Source of the DNA: Antedon mediterranea
Lineage: Eukaryota; Animalia; Echinodermata
NCBI RefSeq assembly: GCF_964355755.1
Contig: NC_092678.1
Location: forward strand, 18,307,365-18,371,364
Length of the DNA stretch: 64,000 nucleotides
Direction: 5' to 3'
In this document: positions 63,647 through 64,000 of the stretch, piece after piece
Numbering within the stretch: position 1 is the stretch's first letter
Layout of the letters: the number at the start of each line of letters is the position of its first letter
Notes under the pieces: generated by a model
Told to the model about the DNA's origin: nothing
Database searches by the model: none
What the model saw: only the letters and a program-made list of their open reading frames with translations
Translations under genes and position numbers: made by a program

Positions 63647-64000
63647 GTAAGTTAAGGATACAATATGCATTTAGAAACATGAATACATTTTCATAAATTT
63701 CATATTCAGCCAGCTACTCAACAAAAACACCCCATATAACTTCTCAATTAATAACTATCCCTTTTTTATGGGAGGGGTTAGTTGTTCAGGAGTTAGTTGC
63801 CCTTGTGTTACATATTCTACATGGGACAAGCTATGCAGGTTTCTGCTTACCGTACCACTCGTCTGTGTAAATTGGCCTAAAGTTGTTAATATTATGATCT
63901 TCCAGTCCAGTTCTTTACATTGTATTAAAAGAATAAAACAATTTTATAAACATGCATACATTGAAAATATATGTATATTACGCTCCTCTACTTTCTGCTA

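Overview
AT-rich eukaryotic (animal) genomic DNA. An invertebrate deuterostome such as an echinoderm is plausible from the Deu-domain SINEs and intron-rich genes, but this is inference. Two spliced + strand genes could be assembled by hand with consistent splice phases. (1) A 28-exon gene (11988-50288, about 1187 aa) for a secreted protein: signal peptide, 2 CUB domains, 20 EGF domains (17 calcium-binding type), then a C-terminal CPTC + coiled coil resembling the NELL/matrilin oligomerisation module. It has a 20-nt first coding exon, a 17.9-kb first intron and one GC-AG intron. (2) The 5' 16 exons of a GRIPAP1 (GRASP-1) orthologue (53006-63646, continuing past the window). The rest is dense in repeats: a 5'-truncated Rex1/Babar LINE with an intact RT/C-terminal ORF, other LINE 3' remnants, tRNA-derived SINEs, a 5S-derived fragment, several Harbinger/Tourist-like MITE families (one with about 10 copies carrying perfect CArG boxes), a nested foldback element, HINE/DINE-like elements and many minisatellites. 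No prokaryotic features or CRISPR arrays were seen. All homology statements are from recalled family motifs, not database searches.
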